From Escherichia phage Ecp_YSF, in sequence record OR327751.1: a stretch of DNA of 53,268 nucleotides; one strand, 5' to 3'. Position numbers and translations under genes: made by a program. The notes beneath the pieces are model-generated. The model saw only the letters and a program-made list of their open reading frames with translations, was not told where the DNA came from and searched no databases. Shown here piece after piece: positions 1-10,012 of the stretch (the stretch's first letter is position 1; each line of letters begins with the position of its first letter).

Positions 1-141
1 AAGTTCAGGCTTTCGTTTGGGTTACTCCTCATCCCGAAGTTAGCTGGATTCAAAATCCAGACTATGTTCCTATACACATGAAATATGCAAGTCGAGGGTT
101 CTTAATGTTCAAACATGATGCGAGCATTGAGCGGGTTTATA
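1..141. repeat. 141-bp terminal sequence identical to 53128..53268 (direct terminal repeat or circular-assembly overlap)
   Basis: Read directly: bases 1-141 equal bases 53128-53268. Contains the hairpin CTGGATT-CAA-AATCCAG at 44-60. Confidence 0.95.
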
Positions 142-306
142 CTTTTCCCCGATGGTCCCCATAAACAAGGCTGATTCACTTGGGCGGTTCGAATCAAATT
201 TAATAAGTGTCTTGGCCGCAGTGGAAACACCATTTAAGCCAATGTTTTGTAATGTCCGTAATAGTCCACGTCAGGGCACTTACTTAAATTTTAACTGGAG
301 AGAAAC

Positions 307-528
307 ATGAAAACTGCTGAAATTGCCGAAGAGATTTATAAGGCCGTAATAGCCAACCAAATTACCAGTGAAGTCCTGCACTTGGATATTGAAGAAGTTC
401 GCAATGCCTTTGGTGGTTTTGCAATCTTGTCAATAGAAGCTGCGGAAGCACTGACAAACACGTACAATCAACGCGAATATGAAAAGCGTTCTGTACTAAA
501 TGCGTCGCTACAGGCGTCATTAAAATAA
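307..528 (+). CDS. hypothetical protein (73 aa)
   Basis: ATG 307 is preceded by GGAG (297-300). No recognisable motif. Confidence 0.6.
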   Translation: MKTAEIAEEIYKAVIANQITSEVLHLDIEEVRNAFGGFAILSIEAAEALTNTYNQREYEKRSVLNASLQASLK

Positions 529-584
529 TACCATTATCATGGTGCGGAGCTAATTAATCTCCCACCATATGAACCGGAGAGCAA

Positions 585-1235
585 ATGATTACTGCAACAC
601 TCGTTGACCACATGGGCAGCGACCTTACAACTGTTAATGCTGCACGAGTTTCTTACGGTGCAGAATCCCACGAAATGTCGCTTCGTGATGAGAAGCTGAT
701 TGAGTTTCTTGCCAAGCACAAACACATTACGCCGTTCCGTCATGCACAAGTAACTCTTCGTTGCAAAGCTCCAATCTTCATTGCACGTCAGCTTGGCAAA
801 CACCAAACTGGCTTTAGTTGGAATGAGGTAAGCCGTCGTTACAAAGATGGTGAAGCAATTTCAATCGAATGCTTTGTTCCGGAAACCGTGTTTGCACGGC
901 CCCAGAAGTTAATGACCCAGGCTGCACAAGCTGTTGAGCCAGAGGTGGCAAAAGCAATCTCAGAAATTATTGAGTATGCAAACCGTCGGGCTGTCCGAGA
1001 ATATAAATCCTTAGTTGGATTGGGTGTTGCTCCAGAGCAAGCTCGCATGGTGTTGCCACAATCCATGATGACTGAATGGGTTTGGACCGGTTCCCTTTAT
1101 GGCTGGGCATCCATGTATAATCAACGTTCCTCCGAACATGCGCAATATGAAGTTCGCTTGTTTGCGGAAGAAGTGAATAAAATCATGTCAGAACTGTTCC
1201 CAATTTGTTGGAAGGCTCTGACCAACCAGGAATAA
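585..1235 (+). CDS. thyX: FAD-dependent thymidylate synthase ThyX
   Basis: 216 aa. FRHAQ...ARQLGKHQTGFSWNEVSRRY resembles the ThyX RHRxxSxxxxSxRY signature region. RBS GGAGAG lies upstream. Confidence 0.8.
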   Translation: MITATLVDHMGSDLTTVNAARVSYGAESHEMSLRDEKLIEFLAKHKHITPFRHAQVTLRCKAPIFIARQLGKHQTGFSWNEVSRRYKDGEAISIECFVPETVFARPQKLMTQAAQAVEPEVAKAISEIIEYANRRAVREYKSLVGLGVAPEQARMVLPQSMMTEWVWTGSLYGWASMYNQRSSEHAQYEVRLFAEEVNKIMSELFPICWKALTNQE

Positions 1236-1239
1236 ATAA

Positions 1240-3003
1240 ATGAACGTCAAGCAATGTGTGGCTAAGATTAAGCACGATGTACCAGACTGTAAATCCACAT
1301 CTGGCAAGTCTTTACAGGTTTGGTTGAATGTCGATGAAGCTGGTAATAAGAACTTCTCTGGTTACTGCTTTGCGTGTGGCGTTCTAGTACCAAATCCTTA
1401 TGGCAATAATCCGGACAACATTCCAGAGATTAAAGTCAAAACTCCAGAAGAAATTCAGGAAGAAGTTGATGAAATCACTGCTTGTCCTCCGTTTGATTTA
1501 ACCCATCGCAGCATCGAGCCAGACTTCTGGAAAGCTGCTGGTGTTCGACTTCTGTATTCAGAGTATGATGGGAAGACTCCAAATGCTCTGGCACATGGCT
1601 ACACCAAAAATGGTAAACTTGTTCGTTGGAAGATTAAACTTCTGAACAAGAAAGTTATGTGGTCAGTTGGCGACACCCAGGGTAACGACCCTTACAACTG
1701 GATGGCTGCAAAAGCAATTGGCGGTAAGACACTGTTCATCACAGAAGGTGAAGAAGACTGCATCGCATTGCGTCAAATCCTCAAAACTATGAACCGTGGT
1801 GGTGCATACGAAGATTTGGATTTTGCTGTAATTAGTTTGAGTGACGGAAGTGACTCCGTACACAAATGTTTGTCACCAGTTGCAGAAGAAATTAAGCAAC
1901 GTTGGGAGCAGGTTGTTATTGTATTCGATGATGATGAACCTGGACGTAAAGCTGCAAAAGAAGCGTGTCGATTGTTGCCTGGTGCAATGATTGCAACACT
2001 TCCAGCTAACGATGCCAACGATTGTTTGAAGCGTGGCTTGCTCAAAGCTACTCAATCTGCTGTTGTGTTCCGTGCTGCTCGTCCTCTGCCTACAGCACTT
2101 GTCAACAAAGAACTTCTTATGGAAGAGCTTGATGATGAGGTTGAACAGGGTGTGGATTATCCTTGGCCCAAGTTAACCGACTTAATGTTTGGTCAACGTC
2201 GAGCCGAAGTTATTACAATCGGTGGTGCAGAAGGTGGTGGTAAAACTACCCTGTCCCGTCAGATTGTGCATCACAACATTACCAAGCACGATTGGGGAGT
2301 GTTTACTGCATACATGGAGGAAACTCCTACAGAAACACTGCGCCGAATGGCTGGCCTTAATGACAACTTGCCATATTGGGAACCTGCGTTTACTCGTGAA
2401 GACCCTCGATATGATGAAGCTAAGTTCCGTCAAACTGCTGCGAAGATGCTTCGTAACATGGAGATTTGGGACCGCAAGCAAGCTGGAGAAGACCCTTATG
2501 AAACCTGGGATGGGTTAAAGACGATTCTTCGTCAGATTGGACCAGACATTGATATGTTTGTCCTTGATAACTTAACCTACTTATCGGAAGGGATTTCTGC
2601 CTCAGAGAAGAACGACTTCTTAGGTAAGCTGTATGCAGATATTACTAAGCTGGCAGACCAATACCAGTTCCATGTAAATATCTTGTCGCACCTTAACCCT
2701 GTGGCAAAAGGTCAACGACCTCATGAGGATGGTGGACGTATTAAGAAGTCAGACTTTACTGGCTCACGTGCTGCTGCTAAATATTCTCATGGCATGTTCG
2801 GCTTTGAGCGTAATAGCCAGGCAGTTGACCCAAACTGTTCTATCATTCGTTCCATTAAGGCTCGTAAGAGTGGTAAAACAGAAGGCTTCAAGACGTATTA
2901 TGACACCGAATCTGGTCGAATTATTCAACGTTCTTGGGACGACTCGCTGTTCGAAACCAAAGAGATTGTTCAACTTACTAAGAAGAACGGTCCACATCAA
3001 TAA
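1240..3003 (+). CDS. bifunctional DNA primase/helicase (T7 gp4-like)
   Basis: TOPRIM motifs ITEGEEDC and FDDDEPGRKAA. Walker A GGAEGGGKTT and Walker B-like MFVLDNLT in the C-terminal half. Confidence 0.9.
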   Translation: MNVKQCVAKIKHDVPDCKSTSGKSLQVWLNVDEAGNKNFSGYCFACGVLVPNPYGNNPDNIPEIKVKTPEEIQEEVDEITACPPFDLTHRSIEPDFWKAAGVRLLYSEYDGKTPNALAHGYTKNGKLVRWKIKLLNKKVMWSVGDTQGNDPYNWMAAKAIGGKTLFITEGEEDCIALRQILKTMNRGGAYEDLDFAVISLSDGSDSVHKCLSPVAEEIKQRWEQVVIVFDDDEPGRKAAKEACRLLPGAMIATLPANDANDCLKRGLLKATQSAVVFRAARPLPTALVNKELLMEELDDEVEQGVDYPWPKLTDLMFGQRRAEVITIGGAEGGGKTTLSRQIVHHNITKHDWGVFTAYMEETPTETLRRMAGLNDNLPYWEPAFTREDPRYDEAKFRQTAAKMLRNMEIWDRKQAGEDPYETWDGLKTILRQIGPDIDMFVLDNLTYLSEGISASEKNDFLGKLYADITKLADQYQFHVNILSHLNPVAKGQRPHEDGGRIKKSDFTGSRAAAKYSHGMFGFERNSQAVDPNCSIIRSIKARKSGKTEGFKTYYDTESGRIIQRSWDDSLFETKEIVQLTKKNGPHQ

Positions 3004-3010
3004 CAGAGCT

Positions 3011-3042
3011 GCTACGCTGCATGGTTCGCCCACCAGCGTAGC
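3011..3042 (+). promoter_or_regulatory. 9-bp perfect hairpin between the primase-helicase and polymerase genes (possible processing or attenuation site)
   Basis: GCTACGCTG (3011-3019) pairs with CAGCGTAGC (3034-3042) around a 14-nt loop. No U-tract follows. Confidence 0.3.
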
Positions 3043-3068
3043 CCTCACCAATCCATTGGAGCCATACT

Positions 3069-5003
3069 GTGTTGTATCCTTGGGAAAATATGTATGCCAG
3101 TGACATTGAAACAACTGGTCTGTTGGAGCAAATGCGTAAGCAAGCTGCACCACGTCTTCACAACATCGGGTATATCGATGTTCTGACTCGTGAAGAAACT
3201 GTAATAGAGTGGACCGACAGAAAGTCTATCCAGGCATTTCTGGATACAGGCCCAACATTAATCATGCACAACGGCGCAACCTTCGACTTTGAAGCACTGA
3301 GGTTCCTTGGTTACGACGTTTCAAAATGTACACTAATTGATACTTTGTTTATCAGTTGGTATCTGCAACCTCGTCGTGTTAAGCACGGCTTAGAAGGTTA
3401 CGGCGAAGAGTTTGGTGTGCCAAAACCAGTCATTGAAGATTGGGAAAATCAAACTCAAGAAGAGTACAACCATCGTGTGATGGAAGACTGCAAGATTCAG
3501 TTGAAGCTGTGGGAACAGCAATACATTCAACTCTTAAAGATTTATAAATCTCCTGGCGAAGTTAAACGCTTCGTTGAATATCTGATGACAAAAGCTCGTC
3601 AACAGGTTATTCAGCAACGAACTCGCTGGAAGTTAAACATTGAGAAGGCACTGGCATTTAAGGCCAAGCTGGAACCAATGATTAAAGAGAAGACGGACGC
3701 ATTGGAAGCATCAATGCCGCGTGTTCCGGAATATGTTATCAAAACCCGTCCAGCTAAATGCCACAAGATGAACGGGCAACTGTCTGCCACTGGAATTAAG
3801 TGGAAGGCTATTTGTGATGCAAACGGTTTGGACTGGAAAGACCCAGACCTGGCTATAAAAGTTCTTAAAGGCTATAAGAAGCCTAATGCTGGTTCACATG
3901 TTCAAATTAAAGACTGGTTGTTCAGCCTAGGTTGGGAACCAGAAACCTTTAAGTTTGACCGTAATAAGGAAACAGGTGAAACTCGCCAGATTCCACAAAT
4001 CACTGTGAAGGATGAAGATGGCAATCCTGAAATATGTCCGAGCTTGCATAAGCTGGCGGAAAGAAACCCCGACTCTGGTATTCAACATCTTATTGGGATG
4101 GGCGTGTATAAACACCGTCTGTCTGTTGTTAATGGCTTCCTTCGCGACGTCGATGAAGATGGGTTCCTTACTGCACGATGTGGTGGCCTTACCAATACTT
4201 TACGCCTTAAACATCGCGAACTTGTTAACCTCCCTTCTATTCGTGTATTTGGCGGTGAAGAACTGCGTTCAATGTTGGAAGCGTGGCGCGAAGATTACGA
4301 ACAGTTAGGCTCTGACTTGTGCTCACTGGAAGACCGTTGTAAGCACCACTTCCAGTGGATGTATGACCCTGAATACGTTAAGAAGCAGTTGGCACCAGAC
4401 TATGATGCTCACCTTGCAATTGGCGTAATTGGCGGATTTATTACCGAACAGGAATCTCAGGACCACAAGGACGGGATTAAGAAGTGTAAACAACGTCCAA
4501 TGTTTAAGACTACAAACTATGCTTGTCAGTATGGTGCTGGTGTACCAACTGTAGCTCGTTCTGCTGGCTGTGACCAGACTACTGCTGCACGACTGCATAA
4601 AGCATATTGGGACTTGAACTGGTCTATTAAAGAGATTGCTGCCAACACCAAAGTTGTAACAATTGATGGTCAGATGTGGCAACAGAATCCAGTAAACAAA
4701 TTCTGGTATTCGTTGCGTACAGAGAAAGACCGCTTCTCCACATTGTGTCAGGGCACTGGTGCATATGTGTTTGATGTTTGGTGTAACAACATCATTGCAA
4801 TTTGTAATGAACGTTGGGGCTGTGACCCGCTTCTGTCTGGACAATTCCATGATGAATTGATTCTCCAAGTTAAGAAAGGTTTCCGTGATTTGTGGACGGA
4901 CTTGCTTAATGAAGCAATGGACCGGACCAACAAAGAACTTAAACTCAATCGTGATTGTGCATGTGATGTACAATTTGGCGATAACTACGCAGAGATTCAC
5001 TAA
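3069..5003 (+). CDS. family A DNA polymerase with 3'-5' exonuclease (T7 gp5-like)
   Basis: Exo I motif DIETTGL. Polymerase motifs DLCSLEDR (A), KTTNYACQYGAG (B) and QFHDELILQV (C). GTG 3069 has GGAG at 3057-3060. Confidence 0.9.
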   Translation: MLYPWENMYASDIETTGLLEQMRKQAAPRLHNIGYIDVLTREETVIEWTDRKSIQAFLDTGPTLIMHNGATFDFEALRFLGYDVSKCTLIDTLFISWYLQPRRVKHGLEGYGEEFGVPKPVIEDWENQTQEEYNHRVMEDCKIQLKLWEQQYIQLLKIYKSPGEVKRFVEYLMTKARQQVIQQRTRWKLNIEKALAFKAKLEPMIKEKTDALEASMPRVPEYVIKTRPAKCHKMNGQLSATGIKWKAICDANGLDWKDPDLAIKVLKGYKKPNAGSHVQIKDWLFSLGWEPETFKFDRNKETGETRQIPQITVKDEDGNPEICPSLHKLAERNPDSGIQHLIGMGVYKHRLSVVNGFLRDVDEDGFLTARCGGLTNTLRLKHRELVNLPSIRVFGGEELRSMLEAWREDYEQLGSDLCSLEDRCKHHFQWMYDPEYVKKQLAPDYDAHLAIGVIGGFITEQESQDHKDGIKKCKQRPMFKTTNYACQYGAGVPTVARSAGCDQTTAARLHKAYWDLNWSIKEIAANTKVVTIDGQMWQQNPVNKFWYSLRTEKDRFSTLCQGTGAYVFDVWCNNIIAICNERWGCDPLLSGQFHDELILQVKKGFRDLWTDLLNEAMDRTNKELKLNRDCACDVQFGDNYAEIH

Positions 5004-5248
5004 TGGTTGTTGTATCTATATTCGACAAAGTGGACCATTTCCATTTTGTCAAGAAAGGTGAAGACGCACGGGAAGCTGTGCTGTCTGTAATTACCGAGAA
5101 TGCTGAAACATTATTTGGAAGTGGTTCTGCTACCAATTCAGTGTATCAGGCATTCATTAAAACTTTATCTGGTCCTGTCGTCAATGAGCAAGAGTTAATC
5201 TCTTGTATGAACGACCTGGACTTCTCCCTAGTTATCACTCAACTGTAA
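5003..5248 (+). CDS. hypothetical protein (81 aa)
   Basis: TAATG start/stop overlap with the polymerase gene. No motif. Confidence 0.55.
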   Translation: MVVVSIFDKVDHFHFVKKGEDAREAVLSVITENAETLFGSGSATNSVYQAFIKTLSGPVVNEQELISCMNDLDFSLVITQL

Positions 5249-5264
5249 TTTAAAGGTACTCAAA

Positions 5265-6131
5265 ATGGCATTTGCTGCTCCTACACTGGCCTCGAACAAG
5301 ACTCCTTCTGCTGCACCATTACTGGAAGCGGGTGGTTATCCTGCTCGTGTTTGCCGTATTATCGACCTGGGCTTACAGCCTGGTTCTGCTAAATATCCTA
5401 CTCCGTCCTTGAAACTTCTGGTTACTTTCGAACTGCTCGACGAGTACATGAAAGAAGTTGACAGTGAAGGTAAAATGGTCATGGTCCAAGACCCAGACGA
5501 AGATGACGGCATCATGATGGCGAAGAATCTTGAAGACAAGCCGCGTTGGTTTGACTTTGAGTTTACCTATAATGCTGACGGCTTCATGGGTGAGAACTCC
5601 CACATCTACAAATTCGCTAAGGCGATTGATGCACTGGAAGTTAAACCTAATCTGGAACAAGGCATCCAGGGCCATCCTGCCAAGAACCTGCCGGACTGGT
5701 TGGGCGAACCCCTGATTGTTGGCATTGTTCAGTATACCAAGCAGTCAGGTAAGAATGCTGGCCAGGTTGCAAACAAAGTTGCTACCTTCTCTCCGATGAA
5801 ATCTAAGGAGAAGAAAGAAGCTAAAGCTCTGGTTAACCCGACTGTCTTCTTTGACATGTCTGAGCCGGACTTAGAAGTATTCAACAAACTGCCAGGTGGC
5901 GAATCTCCGTATGCAATCAAGAACCGTATTACTTCCGGTGTTGATTTCTACAAGACTAAGCTGTCTGCACTGTTAGGCGGTAAACCTGCCGATGAAGGCG
6001 CTGTACCGAATCAGGCTTCTGATGAAGAAGTTGATGCAGCTATGAAAGCTGAACTGGAAGCACAGGCTGCTGCAAAAGCACAGCGTGAAGCAGAAGGTGG
6101 CGCTGCTGGCGGTACGGGTATGCCGTTCTAA
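5265..6131 (+). CDS. putative ssDNA-binding/annealing protein (T7 gp2.5-like)
   Basis: Lies between the polymerase and exonuclease genes. Strongly biased codon usage and a strong terminator just downstream. Ala/Gly/acidic C-terminal tail ends in an aromatic residue (..GGTGMPF). Function assigned by analogy only. Confidence 0.45.
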   Translation: MAFAAPTLASNKTPSAAPLLEAGGYPARVCRIIDLGLQPGSAKYPTPSLKLLVTFELLDEYMKEVDSEGKMVMVQDPDEDDGIMMAKNLEDKPRWFDFEFTYNADGFMGENSHIYKFAKAIDALEVKPNLEQGIQGHPAKNLPDWLGEPLIVGIVQYTKQSGKNAGQVANKVATFSPMKSKEKKEAKALVNPTVFFDMSEPDLEVFNKLPGGESPYAIKNRITSGVDFYKTKLSALLGGKPADEGAVPNQASDEEVDAAMKAELEAQAAAKAQREAEGGAAGGTGMPF

Positions 6132-6141
6132 TTATAAATAT

Positions 6142-6166
6142 GGCTCCTTCGGGAGCCTTTAATTTT
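6142..6166 (+). terminator. rho-independent terminator
   Basis: GGCTCC-TTCG-GGAGCC followed by TTTAATTTT. Confidence 0.8.
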
Positions 6167-6179
6167 GGAGCTTACCAAA

Positions 6180-7202
6180 GTGAGTAAGAAACGAGTTTTG
6201 TTGCTGGTTGACGGCGACATGGTTGCATTCAGTCACTGTGCTGCTGAGGAATACGGCAAAGATTCAGAAGATATTAACTTTGCTAAGATTCAAATGTCAA
6301 TGGATTCCAAGATGGAATTCCTTGCGAAACGTGTAGGAGCTACAGAAGTAGTTACCTGCATTTCACCATCCAAAACATTCCGTAACGTTCTTGCCGAAAA
6401 TTACAAAGGCAACCGTGATGATGTTTGGCGACCAGAAAACTTGAAGAATGCGAAAGCACATCTTATGGTTGCCTGGAATGGCGTATGGATGAAAGGTTTG
6501 GAAGCAGATGACCTCCTTGCCGTATTCGCACGTCATGAATACGAAATGACAATGGGTAAACGTAATGAGATTAAGAGCCTCAAGCGCATTGGTCCTTGCA
6601 CATATGATGAAGTCTGGATTGCGTCGCTGGACAAAGACTTGCGACAAATCGGGCAGAATGGTGGTGCTGGTCCAGTAATTAAACATTACCAATGGGAACG
6701 AGAAACCCAAAACATTGGCGAGAAGGTTGTAACTCCGCAGGATTACGGCGAACTCAAATTAATCATCAAGGACAATGGCAAATCGAAGAAGAAAGAAGTT
6801 AAAGGCAATGGCCCTAAATTCTTCTTGCACCAATTGCTTATTGGCGACTCAACGGATAACGTTATGGGTTGCGGAGTTCTTGAAGAAAGAATCTACAAAA
6901 CTGGTGCCAAAGCCGGAGAAACTTATTTCCGTCGTGACGGCATTGGTGCAGTCGCTTCATTCGAGATGCTGGATGGTACAACCTCCTATGCAGAAGGTTT
7001 GAAGAAAGTTATTGGTGCATACATTATGCGCTTCGGAGATGGTTGGGAACAAGAGCTACTCAAAGTGGGCCGTCTTGTTTACATGCACCATCAAATTGAA
7101 AAGGGTAATTGTGTTCGCTTATGGCATTACAAGAACATTAACGAATACTTTGACCTTAAAGAGAATCGTATCCTCACTCAAGAAGAGTACCTCCATAAAT
7201 AA
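6180..7202 (+). CDS. 5'-3' exonuclease / flap endonuclease (T7 gp6-like)
   Basis: Acidic FEN/PIN motifs LLLVDGDMVAF and GLEADDLLA. GTG 6180 has GGAG at 6167-6170. The ORF-track start, TTG 6165, lies in the terminator T-tract. Confidence 0.8.
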   Translation: MSKKRVLLLVDGDMVAFSHCAAEEYGKDSEDINFAKIQMSMDSKMEFLAKRVGATEVVTCISPSKTFRNVLAENYKGNRDDVWRPENLKNAKAHLMVAWNGVWMKGLEADDLLAVFARHEYEMTMGKRNEIKSLKRIGPCTYDEVWIASLDKDLRQIGQNGGAGPVIKHYQWERETQNIGEKVVTPQDYGELKLIIKDNGKSKKKEVKGNGPKFFLHQLLIGDSTDNVMGCGVLEERIYKTGAKAGETYFRRDGIGAVASFEMLDGTTSYAEGLKKVIGAYIMRFGDGWEQELLKVGRLVYMHHQIEKGNCVRLWHYKNINEYFDLKENRILTQEEYLHK

Positions 7203-7213
7203 TTGGAGTTGGA

Positions 7214-7738
7214 ATGGCTTACGGTTATTGTGGAACGGAAGCCAAGTTTGTATCTTGGCTCCAATCTGCTATTCGAAGTGTTTGGTCTAAACACCCAAGC
7301 AAACTTGCGCTGATACAATCTCGACGCATTGCATTGAAGGTCGGTGACTCAAAGAAACCAATCTTCCACATTCAATGCTACCATTGCAAGAAGTTGTATA
7401 AGCTCAAAGATATTGAAGTAAACCACAAAGTTCAAGTTGGTGGCCTCCTTAAGTTGGAAGACCTGCACCGCTTTGTGGACAACCTTCTACTGGTTCAGCC
7501 AGAAGATTTGGAATTGCTGTGTAAAGATTGTCACGGCATTATCACATACATGGAACGATATGGTGTATCACGACGTGATGCAGTCATTGAGAAGAAGTGT
7601 ATTGCGTTTGCCAAATTGTCTGACGAAGAGCAAGTTGCCAAGTGCAATCTTGCTAAAATAGAGCCAGTTCCTAAAACCAAAATCGGACGCAAGAATGCTG
7701 TTCGAGAATACCTGAGAAAGAATCTTAATGTCTATTAA
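7214..7738 (+). CDS. HNH endonuclease (free-standing, homing type)
   Basis: CYHCKK...EVNHK...CKDCH zinc/HNH pattern. Confidence 0.75.
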   Translation: MAYGYCGTEAKFVSWLQSAIRSVWSKHPSKLALIQSRRIALKVGDSKKPIFHIQCYHCKKLYKLKDIEVNHKVQVGGLLKLEDLHRFVDNLLLVQPEDLELLCKDCHGIITYMERYGVSRRDAVIEKKCIAFAKLSDEEQVAKCNLAKIEPVPKTKIGRKNAVREYLRKNLNVY

Positions 7739-8483
7739 GCTCCTCGATGATGGTACAAAATACACAAAGGCTCACGCACATGATTGGGAAGACCCAGATT
7801 GCCGTATCAAAGGGCGCTGTGAACTCTTCATCAAGATTGACGGAATTCGAGCTATCCGTAATAAATCAGGTAGTGTCTGGAGTCGTAATTCCAAACCCCT
7901 ACCTCATTTGGACCACTTACAGTTCAGAGATGCTGAGATATTCCGTAATAGTTGGAATGAGACTTCTAGCATCCTCGGACGTATTGACCCACCAAGCGTC
8001 CCTCTAACCCAGGACAATGTGTATGAGTTGAGCGATGGTGCGGTTGACCCACGCTTGTACATCGGCTGGTGCAAAGACCCAAGCAATGAAAACCTTAAGG
8101 CATTGATGGATAAATATCTGGCGCTTGGTCATGAAGGTATCATTGTCCGTGATGCAAAAGGTAAGTGGTGGAAGATTGTACCATATAAATATGCCGATGT
8201 GAAGATTACTGGTATGAAAGAAGGTACTGGTGCTCTTAAAGGTATGTGTGGTTCTATCTCCTCGAACTACGGCAGTGCTGGTTCAATGGTGAAGGATTGT
8301 CTGGCAGACCACGGTATTCCAGAATCTAACACATTGATTCGTAAGTGGTTGTGGGAACATCGCCACGAGCTAATTGGTTCGATTATGCAAGTTCGATATC
8401 GTGAGAAGACAGAAGCTGGCAAGTTCCGGTTCCCGTCACTCGTTCGTTTACGTGCAGACAAAAGTGAGGAAAGTTTTGATTAA
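7728..8483 (+). CDS. ATP-dependent DNA ligase (minimal, 251 aa)
   Basis: Motif I FIKIDGIR (KxDG), motif IV HEGIIVRD, motif V WWKIVPYK. Confidence 0.8.
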   Translation: MSIKLLDDGTKYTKAHAHDWEDPDCRIKGRCELFIKIDGIRAIRNKSGSVWSRNSKPLPHLDHLQFRDAEIFRNSWNETSSILGRIDPPSVPLTQDNVYELSDGAVDPRLYIGWCKDPSNENLKALMDKYLALGHEGIIVRDAKGKWWKIVPYKYADVKITGMKEGTGALKGMCGSISSNYGSAGSMVKDCLADHGIPESNTLIRKWLWEHRHELIGSIMQVRYREKTEAGKFRFPSLVRLRADKSEESFD

Positions 8484-9102
8484 GCGATTAGCTGTTATTC
8501 TCAATGGACCTCCTGGCTGCGGTAAAGATACCATTGCAAATAAGATTGTTGCTGCCGAGGAACCTTACTTTCTTGGCAGGCGCAAATTCATTAAACACCA
8601 GTTTAAGGATGCACTGTATGAGCATACTGCCAAACACTTTCAAGTTGATGTGGACAAGTTTATTCACTACGCTTCGGACCGTGACCTCAAAGACTCTATC
8701 TCCCTTGCAGGTCTTGGTGGCAGAACACCTCGTCAGGCTCTTATTCACGTTAGCGAAGATGTGTATAAGCCTCGCTACGGACAAGACTACTTCGGTAAGG
8801 TTGAAGCTGCTCGTGTTGAAGAACTCGCGGGGCGTATGGGTGGCATTATTAATGTCATTTATCCCGATGGCGGTTTTGGTGATGAAGTCGTTGCCATTGA
8901 GTCTGCTTATGATTTTGTCCTCATTGTGCGTTTGCATCGTGATGGTTTTGATTTCACGGGCGATTCTCGCAGATACATCAACCTCCCAGACACACCTACC
9001 CGCGTAACAGTGGATGAGCATCTAGTTGATGGTAAAGTGGGTGATTCTGTATTCAAAGTGTTCAACTGGATTGAACGCGTAACTTATCAAGTAGAGAAAT
9101 AA
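8476..9102 (+). CDS. putative deoxynucleoside monophosphate kinase (P-loop)
   Basis: P-loop ILNGPPGCGKDT. Start uncertain: TTG 8476 follows GAGGA, and GTG 8464 is an alternative. The ORF-track start 8374 would overlap the ligase gene by 110 nt. Confidence 0.55.
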   Translation: MIKRLAVILNGPPGCGKDTIANKIVAAEEPYFLGRRKFIKHQFKDALYEHTAKHFQVDVDKFIHYASDRDLKDSISLAGLGGRTPRQALIHVSEDVYKPRYGQDYFGKVEAARVEELAGRMGGIINVIYPDGGFGDEVVAIESAYDFVLIVRLHRDGFDFTGDSRRYINLPDTPTRVTVDEHLVDGKVGDSVFKVFNWIERVTYQVEK

Positions 9103-9104
9103 TC

Positions 9105-9626
9105 ATGTCTTGTATGACCCAAGTTGTTGCAGTTAAACGAGTGCATCCTAATGCGAAATTACCTGTGTACGCTACTTCTGGCGCTGCTGCTGCTGATGTT
9201 TGCACTATCTCCGATAGCACTGTTGTTATCAATCCCGGCTGCTCTGCTGTTTTCGATACTGGCCTCCAATTCGAGATTCCAGTTGGATACGAACTCAAAG
9301 TACATAGCCGTTCTGGTCATGGCTTTAAGTCTGGCATTCGCCTGGCAAACTGCACAGGAATTCTGGACTCCGATTATCGTGGCAATCTTATGGTTAAGTT
9401 GCACAACGACTCGGACACAGCCTTTGTGGTTCAGCCAGGTGAACGTATTTGTCAAGTGCAAGTTAGTAAAGCTACTCAACACCATTTCGTCGAAGTTGAC
9501 CGCTTGAATGCAACTGGTCGTGGTGAAGGTGGGTTTGGCTCAACTGGTCGTGTGGAACTCGGTCAACACGAAAGACCACATATTCCAGAAGGCTTGACAG
9601 TCCACAATCACAGTATTGCCAAGTAA
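9105..9626 (+). CDS. dut: dUTPase (trimeric type)
   Basis: Motifs SGAAAADV, HSRSGHG, GILDSDYRGNL, GERICQ and GRGEGGFGSTG. About 25 aa of C-terminal extension. Confidence 0.9.
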   Translation: MSCMTQVVAVKRVHPNAKLPVYATSGAAAADVCTISDSTVVINPGCSAVFDTGLQFEIPVGYELKVHSRSGHGFKSGIRLANCTGILDSDYRGNLMVKLHNDSDTAFVVQPGERICQVQVSKATQHHFVEVDRLNATGRGEGGFGSTGRVELGQHERPHIPEGLTVHNHSIAK

Positions 9627-9665
9627 TATTCGACATTCTCAGTAACCAATTGGAACCTATCTGAA

Positions 9666-9995
9666 ATGAAACTGTCCTCACCTGTTGTAGTAAATAACCG
9701 CAAAGTTAAATTTGCATATCTAAAGTCTAATGTCACCTCCACTGGTGGCGGGACTTATCTCACCCGTGCACTTGCAGTTCGCAACGAAACAGGTGCGGAT
9801 GTTATCGTTTTCATGCTTCCTCATGGTGAAAACACAATCAAGAACGTCGAACGTATCAAGCGTGGGCGCGAAGATTTAATGTCGGCTGTTAAGCCGCTGA
9901 TACTACCATTTAAGATTGTGGTGGTTGTTGGTTCTACCCAAGCATATCTGGAAGATTTCTATAAAGATATGGCCTGGAGCGATATTAAATATTAA
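9666..9995 (+). CDS. hypothetical protein (109 aa)
   Basis: ORF with phage-like codon usage. No motif. Confidence 0.5.
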   Translation: MKLSSPVVVNNRKVKFAYLKSNVTSTGGGTYLTRALAVRNETGADVIVFMLPHGENTIKNVERIKRGREDLMSAVKPLILPFKIVVVVGSTQAYLEDFYKDMAWSDIKY

Positions 9996-10012
9996 GCGAC
10001 ACGCGTAACTAG

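Noticed and set aside
44-60. Hairpin CTGGA-TTCAAAA-TCCAG as the anticodon arm of a tRNA-Leu(CAA).
   Set aside because: I could find no flanking acceptor, D or T arms or a long variable arm, so it is only an isolated hairpin.
187-196. GGTTCGAATC T-loop-like sequence as a tRNA gene.
   Set aside because: The flanking bases (GGGCG / AAATT) cannot form a T stem, and no acceptor pairing exists on either strand.
2189-3103. Alternative-frame + strand ORFs nested inside larger genes: 2189-2518, 2723-3103, 4012-4308, 8504-9007, 9124-9507, 14198-14503, 14942-15160, 22608-22946, 23127-23381 and others.
   Set aside because: They are nested out of frame within genes that have clear catalytic motifs. They have no RBS and odd composition. 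The 23.1-23.4 kb examples arise from the GGT-rich Gly stretch.
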